In this document: piece after piece, positions 19,401 through 26,836 of the stretch
Layout: every line of letters begins with the position of its first letter
Position numbering within the stretch: position 1 is the stretch's first letter
NCBI RefSeq assembly: GCF_000009705.1
Contig: NC_003272.1
Location: 300,001-332,000, forward strand
DNA: 32,000 nt
Direction of reading: 5' to 3'
From: Nostoc sp. PCC 7120 = FACHB-418
GTDB taxonomy: Bacteria > Cyanobacteriota > Cyanobacteriia > Cyanobacteriales > Nostocaceae
Notes under the pieces: generated by a model
Seen by the model: only the letters and a program-made list of their open reading frames with translations
The model's database searches: none
Told to the model about the DNA's origin: nothing
Program-made: the position numbers and the translations under genes

Positions 19401-21618
19401 ACTCTTCTTGAGTTAAGCAAGGCGGTAGCAAAATACTTGACTGCTGTAAAAGCTTCGCTAAAGTAGGTATTTCTAAACAAGGAGCAATAAAATCTGCCCG
19501 GAGAGTAACAATTAATTTAAACTTGTCTGGTGATAACTCCAACGCACCCAAAACAGTGTCTAGAAATCTCTGCCTATCTTCACTAGCCGCCAGGGTAAAT
19601 AATTCTTCAAACTGGTCTAATACCAACACTACCATTGGTTCGCGGCGATGATGTAGCCAATGGACAAATCCTTGCGCCCCTTGATATAACATCCCCTCTA
19701 GCTGCATTTGTTGATACGCTTTTTCTTTTTCAGTACCACTATCCACTAAGCAATGGGATAAGCTGACTAGAGGATATTCCCCAGGACGAAAGCTTTTCAT
19801 CCACCATTCTTGACTCCCTGGTAATTGCTGACCCCGGCGGAGTTGGGCAATTAAACCCGCCTGGACGACGGAAGATTTACCGCTTCCCGATGCACCAACC
19901 ACAGCCATAAATGACTTATTTGCTAAGTCTGCTATAAGTTGTTGGGTGAGGGTTTCTCTACCGTAAAAATATTGGACATCTTCTTCTTGGAAAGCTTGTA
20001 ACCCTCTGTAGGGACAAATACCTAAATCAACGATGGCGTTTGGCCGCTTACCTTTAGCATCTGTACTTGCAGGGATAATTTCAATTACCCCTTTTGCGCC
20101 TGATAGCCAAATGTGTAAAGGTAATGGGGAGGATAGTTGCAATTGATTAATCCAAGCGGCGGCTGATAGGTTTGGTTGTTCCTGATGCGCCTGTAAAGTA
20201 GAGTGTAGCGTTTGCAAGAATTGTTGAGGATTTTCTGGTGATGAAGCAGCCGCTATGATACATTGTCCTTGCTCGAACCCCAATTGTAAGTCTTCTACCC
20301 AATCTTGTAAGGATATGTAACTATGTTTGTCTAAAGGACAATCGAAGATGATAATTTGTTGAGAGTATAGCGATCGCCTCAATTGTTGCCTTAACCAAGA
20401 ACGATTCAACTGGATATTTTCTCCCAGCACTAACACAGGTTCACCAGTTGGGCTTTCTGCCAATTTTCCCCGCAAATATAATAGTGTTGTGGCAAGATTA
20501 TTTTGCTGGTTTTCTGTCTCCAGTTCTCTACTTTGTAAACAATTGCCAATCGTAGACTGTAAATCTTGATTGGTACGAGCCAGAGGCCAATACTCAATCT
20601 CAAAGCCCCCTACAGTCCCTAAAAGTTGACTAAAAGCCAGAGTTGTTTGATTAGTTGCTAACCCTTCCACAATCAAGGCCTTTCGAGAGTCGGGAGACAC
20701 AACTAATGCAGGTTTTACTCCCAAAATCACTTCCCCCACACCTTCGACAATACGCTTTGGTGTTTGCAATGGATATTCTGAATAAACCTGAGTATTTCCC
20801 CGACTGCGATTTTGTTGATTAATTAGTCGTAATTGCTGGTTGGTTTGTTCAATATATTGGCGTGTCTGGTGATAAACGTAGCGGTAAAGTCCATCAGCAT
20901 CAATCAAACCTTGTCTATCTGCTGCTTCACCCCGCAACCCCCGCATTAGATAATAAGTAAATACACCATGTCCTAATTCGGGAAATTCCCAAGATTGTTG
21001 ATTGGTATCACAGGAAAGTAAAGCGTAGAATCCTTTACTTTGTTTTGCCCGTTGGCGTAATAATTCCACTATTTGGGGCGTAGGATTGGGCAAAGATGCT
21101 AGTGTGTGGTTATTCCTTGCACCTCTAAATGTGAGACTACCACTATGACAAGCATCTAGCCAAACTAGCTGGGTTTGTGCTTGGCTATTTTCTAAACCTT
21201 GCAAAAGTTCTGGTAAACCTAAACCTGTATTCAATAAATCATCTGTTTGAGTATCTGCTAAACACAAAATTGCCTGTTGAGAACTAGGTTCTAAGATTCC
21301 GTGACCAGAAAAGTAAAATAAAATCGTGTCTTCTGGTTGAGCCTGGTGAGTAACTTTGTTGAAGCTATCCCTGACAATGGCAAGTGTGGGTAGTTGGGTA
21401 GCAAAATCATGATGTACCCACTCTGATTTATCGGGAAACCTCCAAGTTGCATCGGCTAAAGCTGTTGCTAAACCTTGACAGTCAACAGCCGAATAACGCA
21501 ATGTTGGTAGTCTTTCATCTTGGTATTGGTTAACTCCCACTAACAACAGCCAAAGTTTTGCTTTCCCTGTCGCTAGGGTATGAGTTGAATGACTGGTAGC
21601 AACACCGAGTGGAGACAT
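16483..21618 (-). CDS. Caspase-like (peptidase C14, orthocaspase) - pseudo-caspase - STAND P-loop NTPase - single hydrophobic span - 14x WD40 protein (paralog 2)
   Basis: 1711 aa with the same architecture as 11157..16400. Caspase dyad: FYFSGHG (H106, codon 21303..21301) and VWLDACHSG (C157, codon 21150..21148). Pre-Walker segment ICPYRGLQAFQEEDVQYFYGRE, Walker [12 protein letters not shown] (K581), Walker B VVLVLDQFEE. Hydrophobic span AVSIISTLGLTAFGLAVFAY at 18529..18588. 14 WD40 units. The tail is CDRLHNYLTTNPNITTEEYQLC. Confidence 0.9.
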   Translation of the reverse strand: MSPLGVATSHSTHTLATGKAKLWLLLVGVNQYQDERLPTLRYSAVDCQGLATALADATWRFPDKSEWVHHDFATQLPTLAIVRDSFNKVTHQAQPEDTILFYFSGHGILEPSSQQAILCLADTQTDDLLNTGLGLPELLQGLENSQAQTQLVWLDACHSGSLTFRGARNNHTLASLPNPTPQIVELLRQRAKQSKGFYALLSCDTNQQSWEFPELGHGVFTYYLMRGLRGEAADRQGLIDADGLYRYVYHQTRQYIEQTNQQLRLINQQNRSRGNTQVYSEYPLQTPKRIVEGVGEVILGVKPALVVSPDSRKALIVEGLATNQTTLAFSQLLGTVGGFEIEYWPLARTNQDLQSTIGNCLQSRELETENQQNNLATTLLYLRGKLAESPTGEPVLVLGENIQLNRSWLRQQLRRSLYSQQIIIFDCPLDKHSYISLQDWVEDLQLGFEQGQCIIAAASSPENPQQFLQTLHSTLQAHQEQPNLSAAAWINQLQLSSPLPLHIWLSGAKGVIEIIPASTDAKGKRPNAIVDLGICPYRGLQAFQEEDVQYFYGRETLTQQLIADLANKSFMAVVGASGSGKSSVVQAGLIAQLRRGQQLPGSQEWWMKSFRPGEYPLVSLSHCLVDSGTEKEKAYQQMQLEGMLYQGAQGFVHWLHHRREPMVVLVLDQFEELFTLAASEDRQRFLDTVLGALELSPDKFKLIVTLRADFIAPCLEIPTLAKLLQQSSILLPPCLTQEEYRRIIIHPAEKVGLTVDPELVEVLLQELHNSPGDLPLLEFVLEQLWEYRDKGVITLQAYQQYLGGIKGALEKKAQGVYDTLDSEAQECTRWIFLSLTQLGEGTEDTRRRVLKSELIVKKYPVALVERTLQVLTVAKLVVVNGEWEEGRGKRQGAGGRGQGENILLTTPSVTIEVAHEVIIRYWSTLRWWLEENRSRLRSHRQIEQSAALWQQNNQQPDFLLQGVRLAEAEEIYLNYTDELSWDVQHFIEACLHERRRKQNQEQSRLRQAQRAVSIISTLGLTAFGLAVFAYQQTQNAQLKEIQALNSLSENFLLSHKQLEALMTSVQAGKEVQNISLGIPPDTRTQTATILQQAVYNTQERNRLLHNAWVTSVSYSPDGEVIASGSVDNTIHLWRRDGKLLTTLTGHNDGVNSVSFSPDGEILASASADSTIKLWQRNGQLITTLKGHDQGVKSVSFSPNGEIIASGSSDHTINLWSRAGKLLLSLNGHSQGVNSIKFSPEGDTIASASDDGTIRLWSLDGRPLITIPSHTKQVLAVTFSPDGQTIVSAGADNTVKLWSRNGTLLTTLEGHNEAVWQVIFSPDGRLIATASADKTITLWSRDGNILGTFAGHNHEVNSLSFSPDGNILASGSDDNTVRLWTVNRTLPKTFYGHKGSVSYVRFSNDGKKITSLSTDSTMKTWSLDGKLLQTLSSPLPDVTSISFTPDNKIVALASPDHTIHLYNRQGGLLRSLPGHNHWITSLSFSPNKQILASGSADKTIKLWSVNGRLLKTLLGHNGWVTDIKFSADGKNIVSASADKTIKIWSLDGRLIRTLQGHSASVWSVNLSPDGQTLASTSQDETIKLWNLNGELIYTLRGHSDVVYNLSFSPDGKTIASASDDGTIKLWNVPNGTLLKTFQGHRGGVRSVSFSPDGKILASGGHDTTVKVWNLEGIELQTLNLDELLNRACDRLHNYLTTNPNITTEEYQLCFGD
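16612..18318 (-). repeat. WD40 repeat array, 14 blades, coding
   Basis: 14 cores: [168 protein letters not shown]. Confidence 0.9.
18921..18983. repeat. Exact intragenic heptanucleotide tandem repeats (CCCCCTG)x4 + (CCTCTTC)x3 + 2 degenerate units inside paralog 2
   Basis: ccccctg occurs 4 times (18921..18948) and cctcttc 3 times (18949..18969), followed by ccactcc ccattca. The 63 nt equal 21 codons. On the minus strand they encode NGEWEEGRGKRQGAGGRGQGE. Confidence 0.9.
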
Positions 21619-21941
21619 TTTTTTAATTCAAAATTTCCTACGGAAAACTAAATATAAGAATCCGATATTAATATATTTGTACTATTTTGCTTGGACACGA
21701 TAACTCGTGCCGTAGGTATGGGGGGTGAACAGACTCGATATCTTATATAACCGTGATTTTCTCCCGGATACTATATTGACATAAGCTAGAGTTCAATTGA
21801 TTAATTTCGGCTATAAGTTAGGTTTAATGTTGTTTTATACAAGTATGTACCCATAAATTCTTCAAAATGTTAACAATAAAATACATTTCTGAATAATCAT
21901 CAGTAATATAGGAGTCATACTTAATTTCTTAAATACACCTA

Positions 21942-21994
21942 GTGTTGGACATTGCCCAGCGTATCATGATTTTGGTGGGCATCTCCTACCCTAC
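21942..21994. repeat. Diverged, inverted partial copy of the 22465..22564 repeat element
   Basis: gtgttggacattgcccagcgtatcatgattttggtgggcatctcctaccctac aligns by eye to the reverse complement of 22465..22517 (gcgttgggcattgcacaccaaaacccggatattgtgggcaatgcccaccctac). Confidence 0.4.
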
Positions 21995-22398
21995 AGATGC
22001 TGAGATTTTTATGTGCAAGTGCAGGCTATGCCAAAAATAATCAAATCTGATTCTTATATAAGAGTTTGGCGAAGTTATTATGTAACTTTTATCTTGAATA
22101 AAGACAGTAAAAATTAGCCAAACTGGCTACAAAAAACCACTCGCTTTTGATAGAGTATGCACAGTAAAGGAACTACGGGCTTACTCGTTCTATCTTTACT
22201 ATTTTCAAGAGCATTTCAAGCAGACTGATGTTGATTAGTCTGCTACTTTTTCTAACAATATTGTTAGATTGACGATAGCGATCGCCTATGGTGGGCGTTG
22301 ACGCTATCAACTGAGTTGGTAATACTTTACCACAACACATTCTCCTAGTTTGACAAAGCAAAATTACATTATCATCCTTTGTTGATTTCCTCTGTTTT

Positions 22399-22433
22399 TA
22401 CCTCATACAAATTATGTATGAGGTATTTTTATT
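22399..22433 (+). terminator. Strong plus-strand intrinsic-terminator-like hairpin with no annotated plus-strand gene upstream
   Basis: An 11-bp perfect stem, tacctcataca (22399..22409) pairing with tgtatgaggta (22415..22425), encloses a 5-nt loop (aatta) and is followed by tttttatt. On the minus strand the hairpin would be followed by aaaaacag, so it is not a minus-strand terminator for the SMR gene. Confidence 0.5.
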
Positions 22434-22464
22434 GCACTGCGTGTGTCAGTTATCAAAAGTATCT

Positions 22465-22564
22465 GTAGGGTGGGCATTGCCCACAATATCCGGGTTTTGG
22501 TGTGCAATGCCCAACGCCACTTGCTTCAAGCCGGGAAACCCGTCCAACGCAGTGGCTTCCCTAC
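22465..22564. mobile_element. About 100-bp MITE-like dispersed repeat element bounded by GTAGGG...CCCTAC
   Basis: gtagggtgggcattgcccac...cgggttttggtgtgcaatgcccaacgccacttgcttcaagccgggaaacccgtccaacgcagtggcttccctac. It has short terminal inverted ends (GTAGGG/CCCTAC) and no coding capacity. Related fragments lie at 10379..10407 and 21942..21994. Confidence 0.45.
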
Positions 22565-22616
22565 ATATGATTCACAAATCAAATAGTAATCCTATAGTCC
22601 AATTACCAATTACCTA

Positions 22617-22937
22617 TTATTTCCCTGAATTTATCCCAACTACTCCCACAATAATTAAAGTCATAGAGATAAACTTAACCATTGTCATGGATTCACGAAA
22701 CCAAATCAGACCAACACCAGCAATCAAAGCAGTTCCTAAACCTGCCCAAACAGAGTAAGCAATACTAATGTCAATATTTTTGAGTGACAGTGTCTGGAAA
22801 GTAAAACAGAGTCCATAAAATACAAATATCAAAATAGAAGGTGTCAATTTATTAAAACCATCTGACAATTTCATGCAGGTTGTGCCAGAAACTTCAAATA
22901 TGATTGCAATCAGCAGGTAAACTAAACTTGTAGACAT
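22617..22937 (-). CDS. Small multidrug resistance (SMR/EmrE-QacE-like) family efflux transporter
   Basis: 106 aa with four hydrophobic helices. The conserved membrane-embedded Glu is in helix 1 (LIAIIFEVSGTTCMKLS), and the YSVWAGLGTALIAGVG motif is in helix 3. Confidence 0.85.
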   Translation of the reverse strand: MSTSLVYLLIAIIFEVSGTTCMKLSDGFNKLTPSILIFVFYGLCFTFQTLSLKNIDISIAYSVWAGLGTALIAGVGLIWFRESMTMVKFISMTLIIVGVVGINSGK

Positions 22938-23295
22938 ATTGTGATGTATTTTTTGACAAAAACAAAATGTATTATCAGCAGAAATAAATCATTCTGCTGC
23001 CTAAATATTTTATAAATTTAAGCTTCACACTTCTGCTATCTGGAGAACAGCTATTTTGAAAATCTTATATTTCAGACTTATTGAATCAATTTAATATCTA
23101 AAGTAGAGTTTACCGAACTAAGCAAATGTGTATTTTCCGTACCTAATGATACTAAGTTTTTTAGTTCGGTCATCATCATCTATTAAGTGATAAAAACCGA
23201 ATTTACACTCACCTGTTTTCTAAATATGATGAGAACAAATGAAAGATTAAAGCCTGGAAGCAATCCCCAGGGAAAACCTTAGAGGAGTCAAAACT

Positions 23296-23748
23296 ATGAC
23301 ACTTATCCGTTGGAACCCTTGGCAAGATTTAAACACTTTACAACGTCAATTAAATCATTTGTTTGAAGAAGATATGCTACCCTCCACACTATTAGAAAGA
23401 ACCCTAACGAGAGTTCCGGCTGCTGAACTACATGAAACAGCAGAGGTAATTTATCTAAAACTAGAACTTCCTGGGATTGATGCTAAAGATGTAGATTTAC
23501 AAGTCACTGACAAAGCAGTTTATATTAGTGGCGAACGTAAATCTGAAACTAAGACGGAAGATAAAGGTGTTTTTAAAAGCGAATTCCAATATGGCAAATT
23601 TCAACGAGTAATTCCTTTACCTGCTCGTATTCAAAATACCAACGTCACGGCAGAATATAAAGATGGTATCTTGAATTTGACATTACCTAAAGCCGAAGTA
23701 GAAAAGAATAAAGTCGTGAAGATTAACATTGAATCTGCTGCTGGCTAA
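23296..23748 (+). CDS. hspA: Hsp20/alpha-crystallin family small heat-shock protein
   Basis: 150 aa. The N-terminal LIRWNPWQDLNTLQRQLNHLF is typical of cyanobacterial HspA/Hsp16.6-17. The alpha-crystallin domain reads AELHETAEVIYLKLELPGIDAKDVDLQVTDKAVYISGERK...AEYKDGILNLTLPK. An AGAGGAG Shine-Dalgarno lies 9-10 nt upstream of the ATG. Confidence 0.9.
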   Translation: MTLIRWNPWQDLNTLQRQLNHLFEEDMLPSTLLERTLTRVPAAELHETAEVIYLKLELPGIDAKDVDLQVTDKAVYISGERKSETKTEDKGVFKSEFQYGKFQRVIPLPARIQNTNVTAEYKDGILNLTLPKAEVEKNKVVKINIESAAG

Positions 23749-23754
23749 TTAACT

Positions 23755-23784
23755 TATAGGATGGGCATATTTGCTCATCCTATA
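23755..23784 (+). terminator. Hairpin downstream of hspA (terminator-like)
   Basis: A 12-bp stem, tataggatgggc (23755..23766) pairing with gctcatcctata (23773..23784), has one G-T wobble and a 6-nt loop. An A/T-rich tail follows. The U-tract is not immediately adjacent, so confidence is moderate. Confidence 0.5.
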
Positions 23785-23834
23785 AAATATTTTATGAACT
23801 GCGATCGCTTACAATATTACGTAGGCGATCGCAT

Positions 23835-24665
23835 TTACTTTGGACTGTCAATATAAAATTTTACTATTGCTTCTACGAAACCTTCAAAAGAACTAAAGTC
23901 TGTTGACACAATAGAAACATTTAGACCTAACTGTTCGGCGTTTGCGGCTGTGTAAGGGCCAAAACAAGCAACAACACAATGCTGAAACTCACTCTTGGAG
24001 TTAAACATTGCGAGAAAACTTTCTATTTCTGCCGTACTACTAAAGGCGATAATATCAATTAAGCCTTGCTGGATTAAATTTATCTCTACAGAGTAAATAT
24101 CTTTGTCTAAAGATTGAGTGATATATGCAGGTACACGAATCACCTGCATACCCAATTCTTCTAAATCCTTGATAAAATTAGGCACAATATTAGGCTCAGG
24201 TATGCCTATAACTTCTGGCACAGGCACTAGTATTTTTTGTTCCCTAATTCCACATATTTGCGAAAATTCAGCTACAATCCCCGCCGGGCTAGATTCATCA
24301 GGAATCAAATCAACCTTACCAAACAAAGATAATAAAATATCTATATCTTTTCCTAACGCACATAATTGACAATTTTGCAATTTAGTTATAGAAATATCTA
24401 AATTATGTAGACGCTCAAAAAATGCTATAATGCCGTTTCTGCTAGTAAATGCAATCCAATCAAATTCATTTATACTGCTGATAACAGCATCTAATTTAGA
24501 AAAGTTAGATAAATAGCAGGTTTCTATCGTGGGCATAAGAATCGGTAAACCACCCTTGCAGATAATTTGTGCAGACAACCTAGAAGCGTAGTTTCTTGGT
24601 GCTGTCACTAAAATCCGTTTTCCGTATAAAGGCAATTGGTGAGATGCAGTTAGTAAGTTAGACAT
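23835..24665 (-). CDS. hemD: Uroporphyrinogen-III synthase (HemD) family protein
   Basis: GKRILVTAPRNYASRLSAQIICKGGLPILMPTIE...FDWIAFTSRNGIIAFFERL...IDIIAFSSTAEIESF fits the two-lobed HemD pattern. The ORF-track start at 24713 is a TTG, and I prefer the ATG at 24665 (MSNLLTASHQ...). Confidence 0.6.
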   Translation of the reverse strand: MSNLLTASHQLPLYGKRILVTAPRNYASRLSAQIICKGGLPILMPTIETCYLSNFSKLDAVISSINEFDWIAFTSRNGIIAFFERLHNLDISITKLQNCQLCALGKDIDILLSLFGKVDLIPDESSPAGIVAEFSQICGIREQKILVPVPEVIGIPEPNIVPNFIKDLEELGMQVIRVPAYITQSLDKDIYSVEINLIQQGLIDIIAFSSTAEIESFLAMFNSKSEFQHCVVACFGPYTAANAEQLGLNVSIVSTDFSSFEGFVEAIVKFYIDSPK

Positions 24666-24734
24666 TGGCAAATATCGAATCAGCAGCGTAATTGTATAGT
24701 GTGTTGTTGTCAAGCTTAAAATAAGGGATTAAGT

Positions 24735-25403
24735 GTGTTAGCAGATATCCGCGCCGCAATCTTTGATATGGATGGGTTGCTTTTTGATACAGAAAGCATT
24801 GCTCGCTGGGCATGGCAGCAGGCCCTAGCCAGTCATGGATATATAATGAGTGATAATTTTTATAGTGAATTTGTCGGGCGTGATTTGTCATGGCGAGAAA
24901 AAATTCTCAAACAAAGGTATGGCAATGATTTTCCTTTTGATGCCATAAAAAGACACCGAATTGAAATTGGCGATCGCCGAGAACTGCAAGAAGGTTTGCC
25001 AATGAAAGTCGGTGCGTTAAACTTATTGTGTCAACTAAATAGTTTAGGAATAATCATTGCTTTAGGAACAGGCACATCCCGCAGCCGCACTATCCGCCGT
25101 TTAAGCAATGCTGGCATCTTGCCTTACTTTACAACAATTGTCACCAGCGAAGATGTACCACAAGGTAAACCCGCACCAGATATATATTTAGAAGTTAGTC
25201 GCAGAATTCATGTTGCACCTGTGCAGTGCGTAGTTTTTGAAGACTCATGCGTAGGGGTAGAAGCAGCCTTTAGCGCTGGTATGTATCCGATTATGGTTCC
25301 CGACATAGAACAACCATCACCGGAAATTAGATGCTTGACTTACAAAATTTTAGACTCTTTAGAACAAGCCAGTGAATTTTTAGAACAGAGGCTAGAGGCT
25401 TGA
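24735..25403 (+). CDS. HAD-IA family hydrolase (beta-phosphoglucomutase/phosphatase-like)
   Basis: 222 aa with a GTG start. HAD motif I is AAIFDMDGLLFDTE, motif III is the Lys in PQGKPAPDIY, and motif IV is VVFEDSCVGVEAAFSAGM. Confidence 0.8.
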   Translation: MLADIRAAIFDMDGLLFDTESIARWAWQQALASHGYIMSDNFYSEFVGRDLSWREKILKQRYGNDFPFDAIKRHRIEIGDRRELQEGLPMKVGALNLLCQLNSLGIIIALGTGTSRSRTIRRLSNAGILPYFTTIVTSEDVPQGKPAPDIYLEVSRRIHVAPVQCVVFEDSCVGVEAAFSAGMYPIMVPDIEQPSPEIRCLTYKILDSLEQASEFLEQRLEA

Positions 25404-25648
25404 AAAACTTATTTAAAAACTAGCTGTCTCCACTCGCACCGAAGCCGTTATCGTTGGTGTCCGACTAGGCTTAATTCTCTTGTAATTTTTGCAACTCTAT
25501 TAACAGTCATTAAAGAAAATATTAAGTAATGAATTAGTATAATTAACGTTATTTTAATTATGTAATTTACGCAGCAATTAAGGTATCATTCTCTAAATAG
25601 CTAGATATCAGCCACTTCCTGAATTAAAAGGCTAGGAACGATATTCTT

Positions 25649-26836
25649 ATGCTCAAAATTCCTAATGTGCAGAAGTTATTTTCTGCTGCTACATTTTTAG
25701 TATCGATCACAACGATTTTTTGTAGCCAACCTGCACTTGCAGCCTCTTTTAAGCCAACACCCCTAATTATTGACGACGATGGCAGCCAAGACGGCATGAC
25801 TGCATTGGCTTATATGCTAGCCAATCCCAAATTTGACATTCAGGCAATTACCATCGCCCAAGGTATTGCCCGCCCACAAAGTTTTGCGAACAACCTGGAA
25901 CGAATGCTAGGCAGACTAGATATCTCTGGTATCCCTATTGGCATTGGCAGATCAACTCCCCTGGCAGGAAACAATACTTTTCCAGAACCTATTCGTGCTG
26001 GTGCAGACACTTTTTGGTCTCCCTTCGTCCAACTACCTAATACAGCACCACTGGTGATAACTCGACCAGCCGCAGAACTGATTGTGGAAAAAGTGAAGCG
26101 GTCATTAACACCTGTGGCAATCTTGGCAACTGGCCCCCTAACCAATATTGCTGAAGCATTACGCCTTGACCCCACAATTATCAACAACATTGCCGTCATC
26201 GAAATCATGGGAGGTGCAGTTTTCGTACCCGGAAATCTCCCAGTCCTGCCATATCCCCCATTTTCCACCAACACTACAGCTGAATTTAACATCTGGGCTG
26301 ACCCCTTAGCAGCACAAGAAGTATTTGCAGCCGGAGGGCAAGGATTAAAAATTCAGTTGACCCCCCTTGATGCTACAAACCAGATTGCCTTCTCTCGTGC
26401 CGATCAACAAGCATGGCTAGCTACTGCAACACCAGAAAGTAAGTTAGCAGCAGAATTTTTAGACTTTGCCTTGACAGTAATTCAAAGTAACAATGACCCC
26501 AACCCAGCTTGGGATCTAGTTGCAGCCATTAACCTGAGTGAACCAGATTTCTCAGTAGAAACTTCCTTATACCTGGAAGTTGATACGACCTCAGATCCTG
26601 GAAATACTCAAGGGCAAACTCGTGCTATTCCTAATTTGCCTCCCAATGTTCTAGTTTCCCTCAACCCCAGTTTTAATAATTTGCCCTTCCAACCTGGCCA
26701 AGTCTTCTCTTACCTACAAATCCAGTCGGTTCCGGAACCAACATTAATCCCAGGAATCTTAGTTCTAGCTACAGTCAGTGCTGGTATGATGACGCGACGT
26801 TCTCAAAAAAAAGTTAATAACAAATTGCGGGCATAA
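25649..26836 (+). CDS. Inosine-uridine-preferring-type nucleoside hydrolase with N-terminal signal peptide and C-terminal PEP-CTERM sorting signal
   Basis: The signal peptide is MLKIPNVQKLFSAATFLVSITTIFCSQPALA|AS. The IUNH Asp cluster is PLIIDDDGSQDGMTALAYML, with LATGPLTNIAEAL and FNIWADPLAAQEVF further on. The C-terminal VPEP + hydrophobic helix + basic tail (VPEPTLIPGILVLATVSAGMMTRRSQKK, 26729..26833) is the PEP-CTERM layout. Confidence 0.8.
   Translation: MLKIPNVQKLFSAATFLVSITTIFCSQPALAASFKPTPLIIDDDGSQDGMTALAYMLANPKFDIQAITIAQGIARPQSFANNLERMLGRLDISGIPIGIGRSTPLAGNNTFPEPIRAGADTFWSPFVQLPNTAPLVITRPAAELIVEKVKRSLTPVAILATGPLTNIAEALRLDPTIINNIAVIEIMGGAVFVPGNLPVLPYPPFSTNTTAEFNIWADPLAAQEVFAAGGQGLKIQLTPLDATNQIAFSRADQQAWLATATPESKLAAEFLDFALTVIQSNNDPNPAWDLVAAINLSEPDFSVETSLYLEVDTTSDPGNTQGQTRAIPNLPPNVLVSLNPSFNNLPFQPGQVFSYLQIQSVPEPTLIPGILVLATVSAGMMTRRSQKKVNNKLRA

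Noticed and set aside
22173-22361. A 62-aa minus-strand ORF in the long non-coding region.
   Set aside because: It has no motif and no plausible ribosome-binding context. It spans the palindrome and hairpins, which are better explained as RNA or DNA structural elements.
22414-22758. A 114-aa plus-strand ORF.
   Set aside because: Its first half is the translation of the MITE-like repeat (22465..22564). Its second half is antisense to the well-supported SMR transporter gene.
23220-23295. A possible RNA thermometer in the hspA 5' leader.
   Set aside because: I looked for a CUCCU-type anti-SD stretch able to pair with AGAGGAG and found only a short unrelated stem (cctgg...ccagg). The evidence is insufficient to call it.
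25840-26292. A 150-aa minus-strand ORF inside the nucleoside hydrolase gene, and a 127-aa plus-strand ORF (30312..30695) inside the MBL-fold gene.
   Set aside because: Both are antisense to ORFs with recognisable family motifs. Their own translations are low-complexity (Ser/Pro/Thr-rich) with no motifs.
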